Under the pieces are notes generated by a model that was not told the origin of the DNA, searched no databases, and was given only the letters and a program-made list of their open reading frames with translations. The translations under genes were made by a program, and so were the position numbers. A stretch of DNA of 64,000 bases from the human T2T-CHM13v2.0 reference genome, Homo sapiens, in assembly GCF_009914755.1 (NCBI RefSeq), contig NC_060926.1. One strand, written 5' to 3'. Positions within the stretch are counted from its first letter, which is position 1, and the number at the start of each line of letters is the position of its first letter. Below are positions 19,697 through 35,901 of the stretch, piece by piece.

Positions 19697-19997
19697 GGCC
19701 AGGCGCGGTGGCTCACGCCTGTAATCCCAGCACTTTGGGAGGCTGAGGCAGGCAGATCACTTGAGCCTGTGAGTTTGAGACCAGACTGGGCAACATAGCG
19801 AAACCCCATCTCTATGAAAAATACAAAATTTAGCAGGGCATGGTGGTGCATGCCCATGGTCCCAGATACTCAGGAGGCTGAGGTGGGAGAATCGCTTGAG
19901 CCGCAGAGATCAAGGCTGCAGTGAGCCGTGATTGTGTCACTGCACTCCAGCCTGGGCAACAGGGTGAGATTCTGTCTCAAAAAAAAAAAAAAAAAAA
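19697..19997 (+). mobile_element. AluJ-like
   Basis: Dimer with gatcaaggctgcagtgagccgtgat. Confidence 0.9.
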
Positions 19998-20137
19998 GAG
20001 TAGAGGTAAGTAGACCAGGCAGATGGCAAGAGCCAGTTTGGCGTGCAGGACCTTTTGCTCTAGAAGACTGTGATGCCAGGCTACAGTAGCTGGATGTCAA
20101 CCTGCAGGCAATGGGTGACTGTCAGATGACATGACGA

Positions 20138-20480
20138 GTATATCCATACAATGGAATCTTATTTGGCAATAAAAGGGAATGAAGTATTGATCCATGCTGT
20201 GACCTTGAAAACATTATACTAAGTGAAAGGAGCCACACACAGAAGACCATATGGTGTATGATTCCATTGACAAGAAACATCCAGAATAGGCAAACCTCTA
20301 AAGACAGAAAGTGGATTCACTGTTACCTAGGGCTGGGGCAGGGATGGAGGGGAAAATGGGGAGTGACCGCTATTAGGTATGGGGGTCTCTTTTGAAGGTA
20401 TTTAAAATGTTCTAAAATTAGATTTTGGTGATGTTTGCTTCTGTGGATATACTGAAAATGACTGAATTATATCTCAAAAA
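20138..20480 (+). mobile_element. L1MB-type 3' end fragment
   Basis: atccatacaatggaa...ccttgaaaacattatactaagtgaaa...ccagaataggcaaa motifs. Confidence 0.75.
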
Positions 20481-20555
20481 GTTATGAAAAAAGAAAGATG
20501 ATATAACAAAAGTGTTCCTTTAGAAATATGCTTCAGGCAACAGTGTAAAAGATCA

Positions 20556-20848
20556 GGCCGGGTGTAATACCTCACGCCTGTAATCCCAGCACTTTGGGAG
20601 GCCGAGATGAGTGGATCACAAGGTCAGGAGATGGAGACCATCCTGGTCAACATGGTGAAACCCCATCTCTACTAAAAATACAAAATTTAGCTGGGCGTGG
20701 TGGCATGTGCCTGTAATCCCAGCTACTCGGGAGGCTGAGACATGAGAATCACTTGAACCAGGGATCAGAGTTTGCAGTGAGCTGAGATCGCGCCACTGCA
20801 CTCCAGCCTGGTGACAGAGCAGACTCCATCTCAGAAAAAAAAAAAAAA
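20556..20848 (+). mobile_element. AluSc-like
   Basis: TSD aaaagatca; agcctggtgacag single-base deletion. Confidence 0.9.
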
Positions 20849-21031
20849 GATCAATCAGAACTGGGGACAATAAAGGAAAGGCCATGACAAGGAAGGGGGT
20901 CTGATCTTATAATCCTTCTGGGAGATATTAAGGTTCTGAACTAGGGTAGTTGCAACAATCGAAGAAGGGTCATTTGAGGAGCTGGAGGTGTGCATATTTA
21001 GGAAGTGATGCCTGTTGACCAGACACTGTGA

Positions 21032-21262
<231 letters not shown>

Positions 21263-21489
21263 TAAAGTCTTGCCTACCTGGGAGTTCCTCGGAGGCAGAC
21301 TGCCAGACCTGATAACTTGCAGGTCTCCTGGGTTCAATATCATCCTGGACTGGAGCCAATTTTATCCTACAGAATTATGTTCCTTGGGCATTGATGGGCT
21401 GAAGACCCACTTAGCATGGATCTCAAACATAATCCCAGGACTGTCACATGAGAAGAGGCTGAAAGAATTTGGGATGATGAGAATATTAT

Positions 21490-21670
21490 CCAGGTGTAAT
21501 GGCTCATACCTGTAATCCCAGCATTTTGGAAAGCCAAGGTGGGAGGATCACTTGAGCCCAGGAGTTGAAGGCCACAATGAGCTCTAACTGTGCCACTGCA
21601 CTCCAGCCTGTCTCTAAATATAAATTCAGATAGATCCTGTCTCTAAAAATAAATAAATAAATAAATAAAT
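21490..21670 (+). mobile_element. Monomer-length (internally deleted) Alu with (TAAA)n tail
   Basis: agaatatt direct repeats; cctgtctctaaa duplicated in the tail. Confidence 0.8.
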
Positions 21671-23337
21671 AGAATATTGAGAGGGTTAAGAAGGAAATCA
21701 GGAGATGGGAAATAGAAGGAAAGAAAAGAAGGAGGTCACACTATGGTATCTTTAAACTTTATTGCTCTGAAGGAGGGTAAAAGTTCCAAAGAGTGGATGT
21801 TTGGTCATAGGGCCAGCTCTGCTTCAAACTCAACAGGGACATTCCTTGATTCCTGAACATCTCTGATCTACTGTCCCTTCTTGGCCATGCCCTTCCCCAT
21901 ACTGCCTCCCAACAGGGCCTCTCGCCTCCTGGGCATCTGCAGGATGGGAGCTTCTCTTCTGCCTCTGGTCTCCAAGCAGTCACACAGACATTTTTAGCTC
22001 CTTCTAGGAACTTTGCTGCTAACAGCTTTAGAGAAAGAGTTGGGAATAGAAATATCACATTGGTTGAAAGTTACAAAGTCTCACAATAAAGCTGATCTCT
22101 GGGGAGTAGGCCTGATGTAAGGAAATGTGTTCTCAGTCAATATTCTAAGAACCTTCATGAAGGAAGGCTGCCCCGGGCCTTCCCCCTGCCTAACAGATGG
22201 TGTTCATCACAGAGAAATGGAGAAAACCAGCAGGAAACTGGTGAGAACCTGTGGGCTCTTCTCACCCAGAGCCACAGGAATGGTGCATTACTGAGGCCTG
22301 TCCTGTGGAGAGCTGTGCCAGGCCTGGGGCAGGGGCTTTTTACCAGGACTGTGTGTCAGTATACCACGCCTAGCCTCACTCCCAGATTCTGGTCCAACAA
22401 GTCTGAATTGCTCCCCCATCACCTACACTGATAAACAACCACCAGTGATCTGATGCATTTCCCAATTCATGAGCCACAGCTCTGACTTAAACAGTACGTG
22501 CCAGCCTTCATGGAGTTTAGGATCTAATTAGTAAACATTATCAATACCAGGACAATCTAAATAAAAGCGGAAGGGAAAGGACACTCTAAGCAGAGGAAAT
22601 AGAAGGAGCAAATGTGTCCAGGCAGGTGTGTGCTTATATGAGCACCTATCCAAATTGGACAGCAGGATTTGTTATAGGGGAACTGGGGGAGATGAGGCAA
22701 GTCTCAAGGACACAGAAGAACAGATTTGGGGTGGGGGTAGGGCTTATATTTAGGACCACCAACCTAAGAGAAGCCAGAGTTTTCTCATGAGAAGTGTCCA
22801 ACAATAAAATTTGTTACCTTGCTAGTGGCTGTGCATTCCCAGTCCTTGAAATAATCTGTTCAAGGAGCATTTGTGTGACTTTTGTCTGCCTGGATAATAA
22901 AATAACTTCTAAAGATCCTTCTTATTCTACAATTCCATGATCTCTGTGATTTAGGGACTATGTAAAGAGATTCTACGGCAACAAAAAAAATCAATTTATT
23001 ATCTGGTTTGCTCTAGCACTGAATTCTTAGACCCTTCCAAAACTGGAAAACTAGTTGAAGAATCATAGTCCTTCTGGATCCCCTTTGAAGTAGAGTTCAA
23101 AGTTGTTTGACCTGACAATCAATTTCTAAAAGCTAAGCCCAGGATTCCTAGTGGAAAGCATGAACAATGTAGATATAAATTTGAGGACTTCTGAGATATA
23201 ATTGGCTGATGACAGATAGCTCAAAACAGGGTTTGGGTAGACTGGTTTATACTCAGGCATGGAGGAAGCCCAGCCCAACCTGCCCATGCTTCCAAACTCC
23301 AGGCAAGAACAGAACAAGGTTCCCCTTATAGATATTT

Positions 23338-23773
23338 GTATTGGTCAGCTATTGCCAAGTAACAAACAACCGTGGAATCTCAGGGGCACCTAACAATGAG
23401 CATTTATTACTCGTGCATCTGCGCATCACCTGGAAGTTAGCTGATCAAGGTCAGGCTTGGCTAAGTAAGTGGCTCTGAATTAACTGCAGGTCCAGCCAGC
23501 TCAGGTCAAGTCCATATTTCTCATTAATGGGCCCAGGCTGAAGGGCTAGCTGCTTCCCAGGGGCAGCTCTTCTCATGCACATGGCAGAGCAAGAGAACAT
23601 GCCCAAGTACACAAGCATATTTCAAGCCCCTGTTTGTGTTATGTCTGCTAATATCCCATTGGTCAAAGCAAACACAATGCCCAGCCTTACAGGGAGCAGT
23701 GCACTCTTCCCATGGAAGGAATAAGGGAAGAGGGGGGAAGTGAAGGTTTTGAGCAATAATCTAATCTATCACA
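23338..23773 (-). mobile_element. MaLR solo LTR (MLT1I/J-like)
   Basis: tgtattggtcagctattgc...taacaaacaacc; aatatcccattggtcaaagcaa; ends ctatcaca. Confidence 0.7.
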
Positions 23774-23827
23774 ATGTTTCTCCTGTTCTTTTCTGACCAT
23801 GGGGCTCCCCTTTTCTGGGATAAGTAG

Positions 23828-24037
<210 letters not shown>

Positions 24038-24095
24038 AGTCAGAACAGGTTCTCCAAGGATCCCCTCGAGACTACTCTGTTACCAGTCATGAAAC

Positions 24096-24101
24096 ATTAA
24101 A
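24096..24101 (+). terminator. ACTG2: ACTG2 polyadenylation signal (variant ATTAAA)
   Basis: ATTAAA about 60 nt after the stop, followed by a GT/T-rich downstream stretch (tgtgtggggctcttttttcc). Confidence 0.8.
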
Positions 24102-24149
24102 ACCTACAAGCCTTACTTCTCTGTGTGGGGCTCTTTTTTCCTGGGCTAT

Positions 24150-24345
24150 GTCTCATACACAGTGCTAAGGACTTTTCACACATTACTTTTAATCCATGCA
24201 ATAATGCTGTAAGGTAGGTGCTATCATTATACCCATATTACAGATGAGGAAATTGAGGCTCAGAGAAGTCAAGGACTTGCGAAGATCACACAGATTCCAG
24301 ATTAAAATTCAAGTATCTGACTGCAAAGCTAGTGCTCCTTCTACT
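24150..24345 (-). mobile_element. MIR
   Basis: Core cccatattacagatgaggaaattgaggctcagagaag. Confidence 0.8.
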
Positions 24346-24616
24346 GTGTCATCTTGTTTTCTTTTCCTTGAATATAAGTAAGAATGAGGCTAGATGACTC
24401 TTGGGATGGGGGTAGAAACACAGACTTTCAGTGATGTAAGTCCTTGTGCTCTAGGGCAGTTCACTAGGGAATATGAACGCAGTCGTGACATAGGCTTATG
24501 GGATGTGACATGAAGAGTTCACATACAATGTTACTGTCACTCACGTGAAGGAGGGTCACCGTGGGCTTAAGATCTCTATGATCTCTATGAGGTTGTCATT
24601 GAGGATTAGGCTGTAT

Positions 24617-24940
<324 letters not shown>

Positions 24941-24996
24941 TTAAGAAAGGAGTAGCATCGTTAGGAAGGACATTTTCTCTCCCTCCCTCTCCTGTT

Positions 24997-25031
24997 CCTC
25001 CTCCTCCTCCTCCTCCTCCTCCTCCTCCTCC
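24997..25031. repeat. (CCT)n microsatellite in a pyrimidine tract
   Basis: Directly visible. Confidence 0.9.
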
Positions 25032-27824
25032 CCTCTTTATCAATTTCCTCCCTACACACTAGGTTAATTTTGTTTAATTTTACAAGTATTTACTGAATTT
25101 TTGGCATCTGGAATTGCCGGGTAAGGCCACAAGGGATTTATGTTTCCAACAAAGATGATTCCTGCCCATTAGGGTCTCACTGCATACAGGCAGAGATAGA
25201 CACATGCATACAAGACAGTGACACGAAGTGAAACAAGCGCCTAAAAGTACTATGAGAAAATAAGGGATGATAATAATAGCTAACATGTATTCAGGCCAGG
25301 TTAAGAGTTTTGCATGGATTTCCTCAATTAATCCTCACCACAACCCTATGAGGCAGGTACTAGCATCATTTCCCATTTTATAGCTAGTTTACTGGTTACT
25401 AGGTCACCCAGCTAGTTCACCTTAGAACTAGATCCTCACATTGGGCTGGTGCACCTTTCACCTCCCCACCTAGCAAAGTCCCAGCCTTCGTGCCCCCATC
25501 AGATCCCACCTGGTCCATGAAGCTTCCCAGACATACCCATTTGGAGACAGTGGAGTCCAGTGGTTAAGCGCAGACACTTCAATGCCAGACATTCCTTTCA
25601 CCCTCCCAGCACTTGATCTCTGTGGGTGGGGTGGGATGGAGGAGCGGCTTTCATAAGCCCTTAGGGGATTTCTGTGTGAGGACCAGAAGCAGACCCTGAA
25701 ATGAGGATTCCCTGCAAACGACTTATTAAAGAAGTGCTCTGAGGACAGCTGGTAAGCAGAGTGCGGGGGAGGGGGGCGCAGAAGAGGAAAGGGGAGGAAA
25801 TCTGTCAAGGGGGTAATTGCAGATAATGTCCTGGAGAGGGCAGCTTCAGCCTGGCCCCGCCCACTGGGAGCTCTGGAGTCTAAGGTTAGCCTGGTGAAGG
25901 ACAGGGAGCCAGGCTTTCACAGTCCCACCTGCCAGTGGTTGGTGAGGGCGCTCCCTGGGAGGACTGAAGTCCTAGGCTTTCCACCTGTATCGGCAAAGGC
26001 CTCCTCCAAAGAAGAGCTGCAGGCTCTGGTTGCTGGAAGAGAAGGCACAGGAGGAGGCGGGAGCGATCTGAGATGTAGGGCACCGACACTGCGCTATAGA
26101 GGGGCATCCGGACCTCCACATGGAGAAGGGCAGGCTGCCCAGACTGTTCCCACAAACCCCCCGCACCCATCTGACCTCCCTTCCCCATCCTTCCACCCCT
26201 ACTCCAGTCTTACTCTATTTCAAGTTTAAAAAATGCTGACCTAGATTCTTCAATGGATATGGAGTTATCCACTGACAGAGAGAGGGACAGTGGCTTGAGG
26301 AAAGTGGAAATCCAACTGGAAGTCTATTAAAGATCGACAAAAGTCAGGTGTGATGGTTCACACCAGTAATCCCAGCTACTTGGGACGCTGGGGTGGGAAG
26401 ATCCTTTGAGCCTAATTCAAACCAGCCTCTGACAAGCGAGACCCTATCAGAGAGAGAGAGAGAGAAACAATGTCCCAGGCACTGAGGGCCTAAGAAGGCA
26501 GCCATTACTTATTATGTGTTATATAATGTCTATTGGGTGGTAACTGTGTGGCAGGTGTGGCAGGTGGATTCTCTCTCTTAATCCTCACCCCCAGGTCACT
26601 GGAATCCAGAGCCCACACTGTTAACCACCTTTTGATACGTCTCCCTTTATGATTAGGTGTATCAATACAGTTCATTCAGGGGAGCAGAGCCATTATGGGT
26701 ATTATGGGAATAAGGGCTTTATTACAGGAATGACACTTTCCCCAAAGACTGAAGGAGCTGGAAAAGTGAAAGTCTGCAAGGAACTGTGGGATACTCCAAG
26801 AGGAGTCACAAATGGGTGGAGGACTAGGTGAAACCTATCTGCTGGGCACCTCTGTCTGTCATAGCATCTGACTAGAAGATTTCCACAGAGGAATGGCTGA
26901 CACTCCCACTCTGCCTTCCAAATCTCACCCCAGGTCCTCTTTTGGCCAACTCTAACTCAGAGCCTTGTTGGTAGGGCGTTCTGGAAGTGTACTTTCCAAT
27001 TTAACCAAATCGATTTAGCACAATCCAGCACATTATAAAATCTTCAAAGTAGGTGAGATATAGCTGGCTAAAAGTCCAGGCTGCAGAATAAAGTTTGGGC
27101 CACATTTTTGTATGTTTATCTCCCTTTTTTAATGGCTGCATGACATTTTAAATAATATTGGTCAGTATTTTATGTATACGGTAGCATTTAGAAACACTGG
27201 AAAAATAGTAAATCCTTCAGAGCTGCACTTCAAGGACTAAGCAGAGTGTCTGGCATGCAGTAGATGCTCAGCAAATATTGGATGAATGAATGGATGCTGA
27301 ATGACTAGAGTTCTTGCAGGACAACATTTTGCCCAAGACAAAATCGCCCAGGGGCAGGAAGTGGCCTCGTTCTCCCAGGTAAGGGGGAGGTAATTCTACT
27401 CACCAATATGCCACTACTTTCAGTCTTCTGGCTAGCACCCAAATGGGATGAAAACTCCGTGTTTACTGCTTCGAAGAGGAAATGATCACCACCTCTTTGG
27501 GGTGTCTTCTTTCCTCATGAAGATCCCCTTAATTGTACTTCCTCATGTGCAAAAGTGGGGCCCCAACCCTCTTCCTTGGCCACAGCTGATTGAACCATGA
27601 TTAGATACCTGAACACAGCTGGGCCAATCAGATTCTCCCTTCTGGGAATTTGGAATTGGGACCTAAATAAATAAAAAACATTTAACAAAACAAGCATAGA
27701 TAACTAAAGGGGGGTAGAAAGATTATTACTAATGAATTAAGATAACTGACAGGCAACTTAGGCAAAAGATATTTTAGTTTCTTACATTACACTCTACATC
27801 AAAAAAATTTTGAATGTTTTTAGA

Positions 27825-29050
<1,226 letters not shown>

Positions 29051-29052
29051 AA

Positions 29053-29360
<308 letters not shown>

Positions 29361-29400
29361 ACTTCACCATAAAATTTTTAAAAATAATTTTTAGGAGCTC

Positions 29401-29930
29401 TGTTACTGGTGGAGGGTGCCCAGGTTCTTGACATTTTGAACAAAGAATTGGACAAAACGTACAAAGCAAGGAAACAATGAAGCAACAAAAGCACAGATTT
29501 ATTGTACATCAAAGAACACTCCTTCCGGTAGGAAGGGCCCAAGCAAGCAGCAATTACAGAATTTTCTGGGGTTTAAATACCTTCTAGAGGTTTCCCATTG
29601 GTTACCTGGTGTACACCCTATGTAAATGAAGTAGTGGCCAGCGATCAGTCTGATTGGTTGCAGGAGGGGACCAATCAGAGGCTGAAGTAAAGTTATGAAG
29701 TTATACCCCATGCAACTAAAGACTTGGCCTGCCACCAGCCTGACTGATTGCCCGCGGGGACCAGTCAGAGGTACTTTCAATTTTTTATCTGCCACCCAGA
29801 AGAGGGATTAGCTTCTGGTCCTTTTGTTACTTGGGCTAGAAAGTTGGGGTTTTCCTTTTGATTTAGTTCTAGGAAGTCAGCCTAAATCGGCCTTAGGTTC
29901 CCTGTCTCCAGACCCTATTTTCCTGCCTCG
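29401..29930 (-). mobile_element. ERV1 solo LTR (MER51-like)
   Basis: Minus strand begins gaggcaggaaaatagggtctggagacagggaacctaaggccgat and ends taaca; multiple CCAAT boxes, TATTTAAA and AATAAA on the minus strand. Confidence 0.8.
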
Positions 29931-31263
29931 TAGCTTTTAGGAGATTAATGCCTGCCTGCAGACAACTTCCTCATTTAACTTTCACAACACCCCTGAGGCA
30001 GCAAGATCCTGGCGAGGCAGAGAGCCTCTCAAGCTTTTTTGGATGAATATTTTCCAAGTCTGAGTTTACATAGGTAAAGAAATGTAAGCAGTTTTTTTTT
30101 GTTTTTTTTTTTTGTTTTGTTTTGTTTTGTTTTAACAGAAGTGGCTGCTGGAGTGGAGATGGGAATGGGTAGGACTTTAGCCGCTCCAGTAGCCATTAAC
30201 GCCCCACCCTGGTTATCCTTAAAAAATTCGATTAAAAAAAAAGTTCTTAATATATAAACATGACCTCAGCCATCCTATATATACATCAACATAAGAAAAA
30301 GGTCCCGTGCTTTTTATGGGAACAGCTTCAAGACAGGTATCCCAGCCCCCGGCCCCTCCCCAGCCCCCTTGCAATCAGATCCTTGTCTTCTAAAACCTGC
30401 CACACCTAAGAGCGCTGCCTGAAGGCCGGTTTGGCCTGTTGACTCCTGGTTTTGACTGTTGGTGATTTAAGCGATTGGAACTGGAAGCACCATTTGACAA
30501 CATTTTGTAAATCATTACTTCTGAGGTTGTTATGACGACGGGGTGTGGCAGTCCGGCTTCACCTGTGGCAGCAGCTTAGGTCCCTGCCCTCCTGCAGAGC
30601 ACACTTCACCGACAGCAGGACTCAGGTTTTATACAAGTCTCTACTCGCCATTGCTTACGTCCAAGAACCCAACCTACCAGGTTTAAACAATTTCCAGTCA
30701 CATACCTGAGCCACCACCACCTTATCCTGAAGGGATTTTTGGGTATAATGCAAATCGATTGACCGAACATTTATTTACTTATTCAAGACACAAACTAAGA
30801 GATGGGGTGTAACTGATTATCTAATTTGTTAATTTAGTCAATAATATGCCAGCATTGTGCAGGGGAATTACAGGGAATAGGAAAAAGTTAAATTTGTGTA
30901 AATCATCAGATTGAGTCATTTTCCTACTTTAAAACTTCCATTTTCTTCCGATATTAAAATAAAAACCAGACAACAAGCACCTGGGGGGGGGAAATCCCCT
31001 CTTAAAATTACAATTTCTATTTTTAATTTTGTCTTCAGTTATAAAATTTATTTTAAAGTTATACAAAAATGAAGTGGTTGGATTGTGGAATTACGTCTTT
31101 TAAAATGTTATTTGTCCAATGAACAAAAACCACTCGCACCGCAACTCCTTTTACTATCAAATTCTGCACCGTTGCAAAACTTCCTTCACTCAACGCTTCT
31201 TTACAAACATCGCGATAGCGGAGCGGTCTCTTGGGCGCACCCCGTCGCATGTTCAACCCCACC

Positions 31264-31353
31264 CACTTCCTGTCTGACGATCTCCTTACGTCAACGGTGC
31301 GCTGGAGCGAGTGAGCAGCGATACCTAGGGCGGAAGTGCTCTCGGCGGAAGTG
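31264..31353 (+). promoter_or_regulatory. ETS/GABP (NRF-2) sites plus CRE-like site at the DGUOK start
   Basis: GGCGGAAGTG twice (31329-31338, 31344-31353), inverted CACTTCCTG (31264-31272), TTACGTCA (31286-31293). Confidence 0.7.
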
Positions 31354-31377
31354 ATCGCTGTGTGAATCGTGGGTGGG

Positions 31378-31519
31378 ATGGCCGCGGGCCGCCTCTTTCT
31401 AAGTCGGCTTCGAGCACCCTTCAGTTCCATGGCCAAGAGCCCACTCGAGGGCGTTTCCTCCTCCAGAGGCCTGCACGCGGGGCGCGGGCCCCGAAGGCTC
31501 TCCATCGAAGGCAACATTG
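31378..31519 (+). CDS. DGUOK: DGUOK exon 1 (mitochondrial presequence [12 protein letters not shown]... and start of P-loop IEGNI)
   Basis: ATG in strong Kozak context gggATGg; Arg/Ser/Leu-rich N-terminus; donor GTAAGG at 31520; 142 nt. Confidence 0.97.
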
Positions 31520-31845
31520 GTAAGGGCCGGAAAGCGGCTGCCAAGCCTTGGCCTCCGCCACGCAGGCGACAGAGGCTGGGAAAGGAGCTGGGCCCGGAAT
31601 GGCCTGCGTCTGATGCGGCCGGCCTCTTTTTCTGGGCTGCGAGGAGAGCCTTTCCCCTCGCAAAGTGCACTGTGTATCTTTGCCTCCTTGTTTTTAGGAT
31701 ATCGGGCCTCAGTACCCGCCCACAGGAACATATTTGTTGGGGCATAAAAGCCACGCAGTTAGTGGATAGGACAAGAATTGTATTAGCTGTTTGTAATAGA
31801 TCGAAATTGAAGCGACAAGCGGGTGCAGTTTATTTGTTCTCCTAG

Positions 31846-32030
31846 ATAGGGTTGCCATATTTAGCAGAAATTAAAAATAATATCCAGTTAAAATAGAATT
31901 TAAGATAACGAATAATTTTTAGTGTGTGTCCAATGCAATATTTGGGACATCCTTACAGCAAAACAACAACGAAATCACTCATTGAAAGTTCAAATTTAAC
32001 TGTGTCCTGTATTTTATCTGGCAACCCTAT
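31846..32030. mobile_element. MER53 hAT MITE
   Basis: Perfect 12-bp terminal inverted repeats atagggttgcca / tggcaaccctat, 185 bp. Confidence 0.85.
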
Positions 32031-32369
32031 TCGAAGAGAGTTCCTAAATTTCAGTCGTTCAAATACCACATTCACAATTTTTGCCCTGTGCCTGTGCTAG
32101 TTGCATAATAATTTCTTAAGGCTTTTCTTAGAAGAACCTCACTTTTTAAACTTAAAAACATGTATTAAATTAAAAATTATTTTGTTAAAAGAGTGAGATC
32201 CAGTATCTTGAATAAAAAGTAGTCAGAAAGCAAAATGAAGGCAAAGCATTTCGATTTAATATTAATAAATTCTGACTTGATACTTTTATCTACCAAGTCA
32301 CTGAGCCCCTAAAAGGGGCTTAGCAAGTGTTGAGTACTGAAGACGTAGCAGCAAACTGAGAATTTCTTT

Positions 32370-34830
<2,461 letters not shown>

Positions 34831-35134
34831 TGTGTTTTTCTCCAGCCAAATCCGAAACATTGAAAGGAATGGGAAGGGAGAGTCCTGCTATTTGCCTGAT
34901 GATGTTATTATTTAAATATGATGTTTTGTATTGTACTTTGAGAAACACACCCCTAAAGGAAGCTCTGTCCTCAAATCCCAGAGAGAGAACAGGGTATGTC
35001 ACAAAGTAAGTACTTAGGACAGGTCATCAGATAAGGTTTGAACTCCCTCTATTTTCCTGACTTTTGCTTCTTAACCTTGTCAAATTTCTCTGCTTCTTCC
35101 TTGCTTTCTTGTGCAACAGAGGCTTACTGAGTGA

Positions 35135-35557
<423 letters not shown>

Positions 35558-35722
35558 GACTCGACATAATTTTCATACTGTGTGGTGAGATTTGTGATTG
35601 GGCATGGAAAGCCAGAATCTCTGGGGTAGGAATTCCCAAGAGGAAGAAGAGGGAAAAGTGTTTCAGCCATAGAAAGCAACATGTGCCAAGGTGGTGAAGC
35701 CTGAAGAAACACATGCAGTTTT

Positions 35723-35901
<179 letters not shown>

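Larger units (their letters stand above)
31130..31730. promoter_or_regulatory. DGUOK: CpG island / TATA-less promoter of DGUOK
   Basis: Sharp local rise in CpG and GC content spanning exon 1; boundaries approximate. Confidence 0.85.

Noticed and set aside
25660-27670. Several ancient ERVL-like LTR fragments in the intergenic region
   Set aside because: Too degenerate to assign family or boundaries reliably by eye; needs RepeatMasker/Dfam.
31059-31754. 231-aa antisense ORF and overlapping ORFs across DGUOK exon 1
   Set aside because: Expected from stop-codon scarcity in a GC-rich CpG island; no recognisable domain or supporting gene structure.
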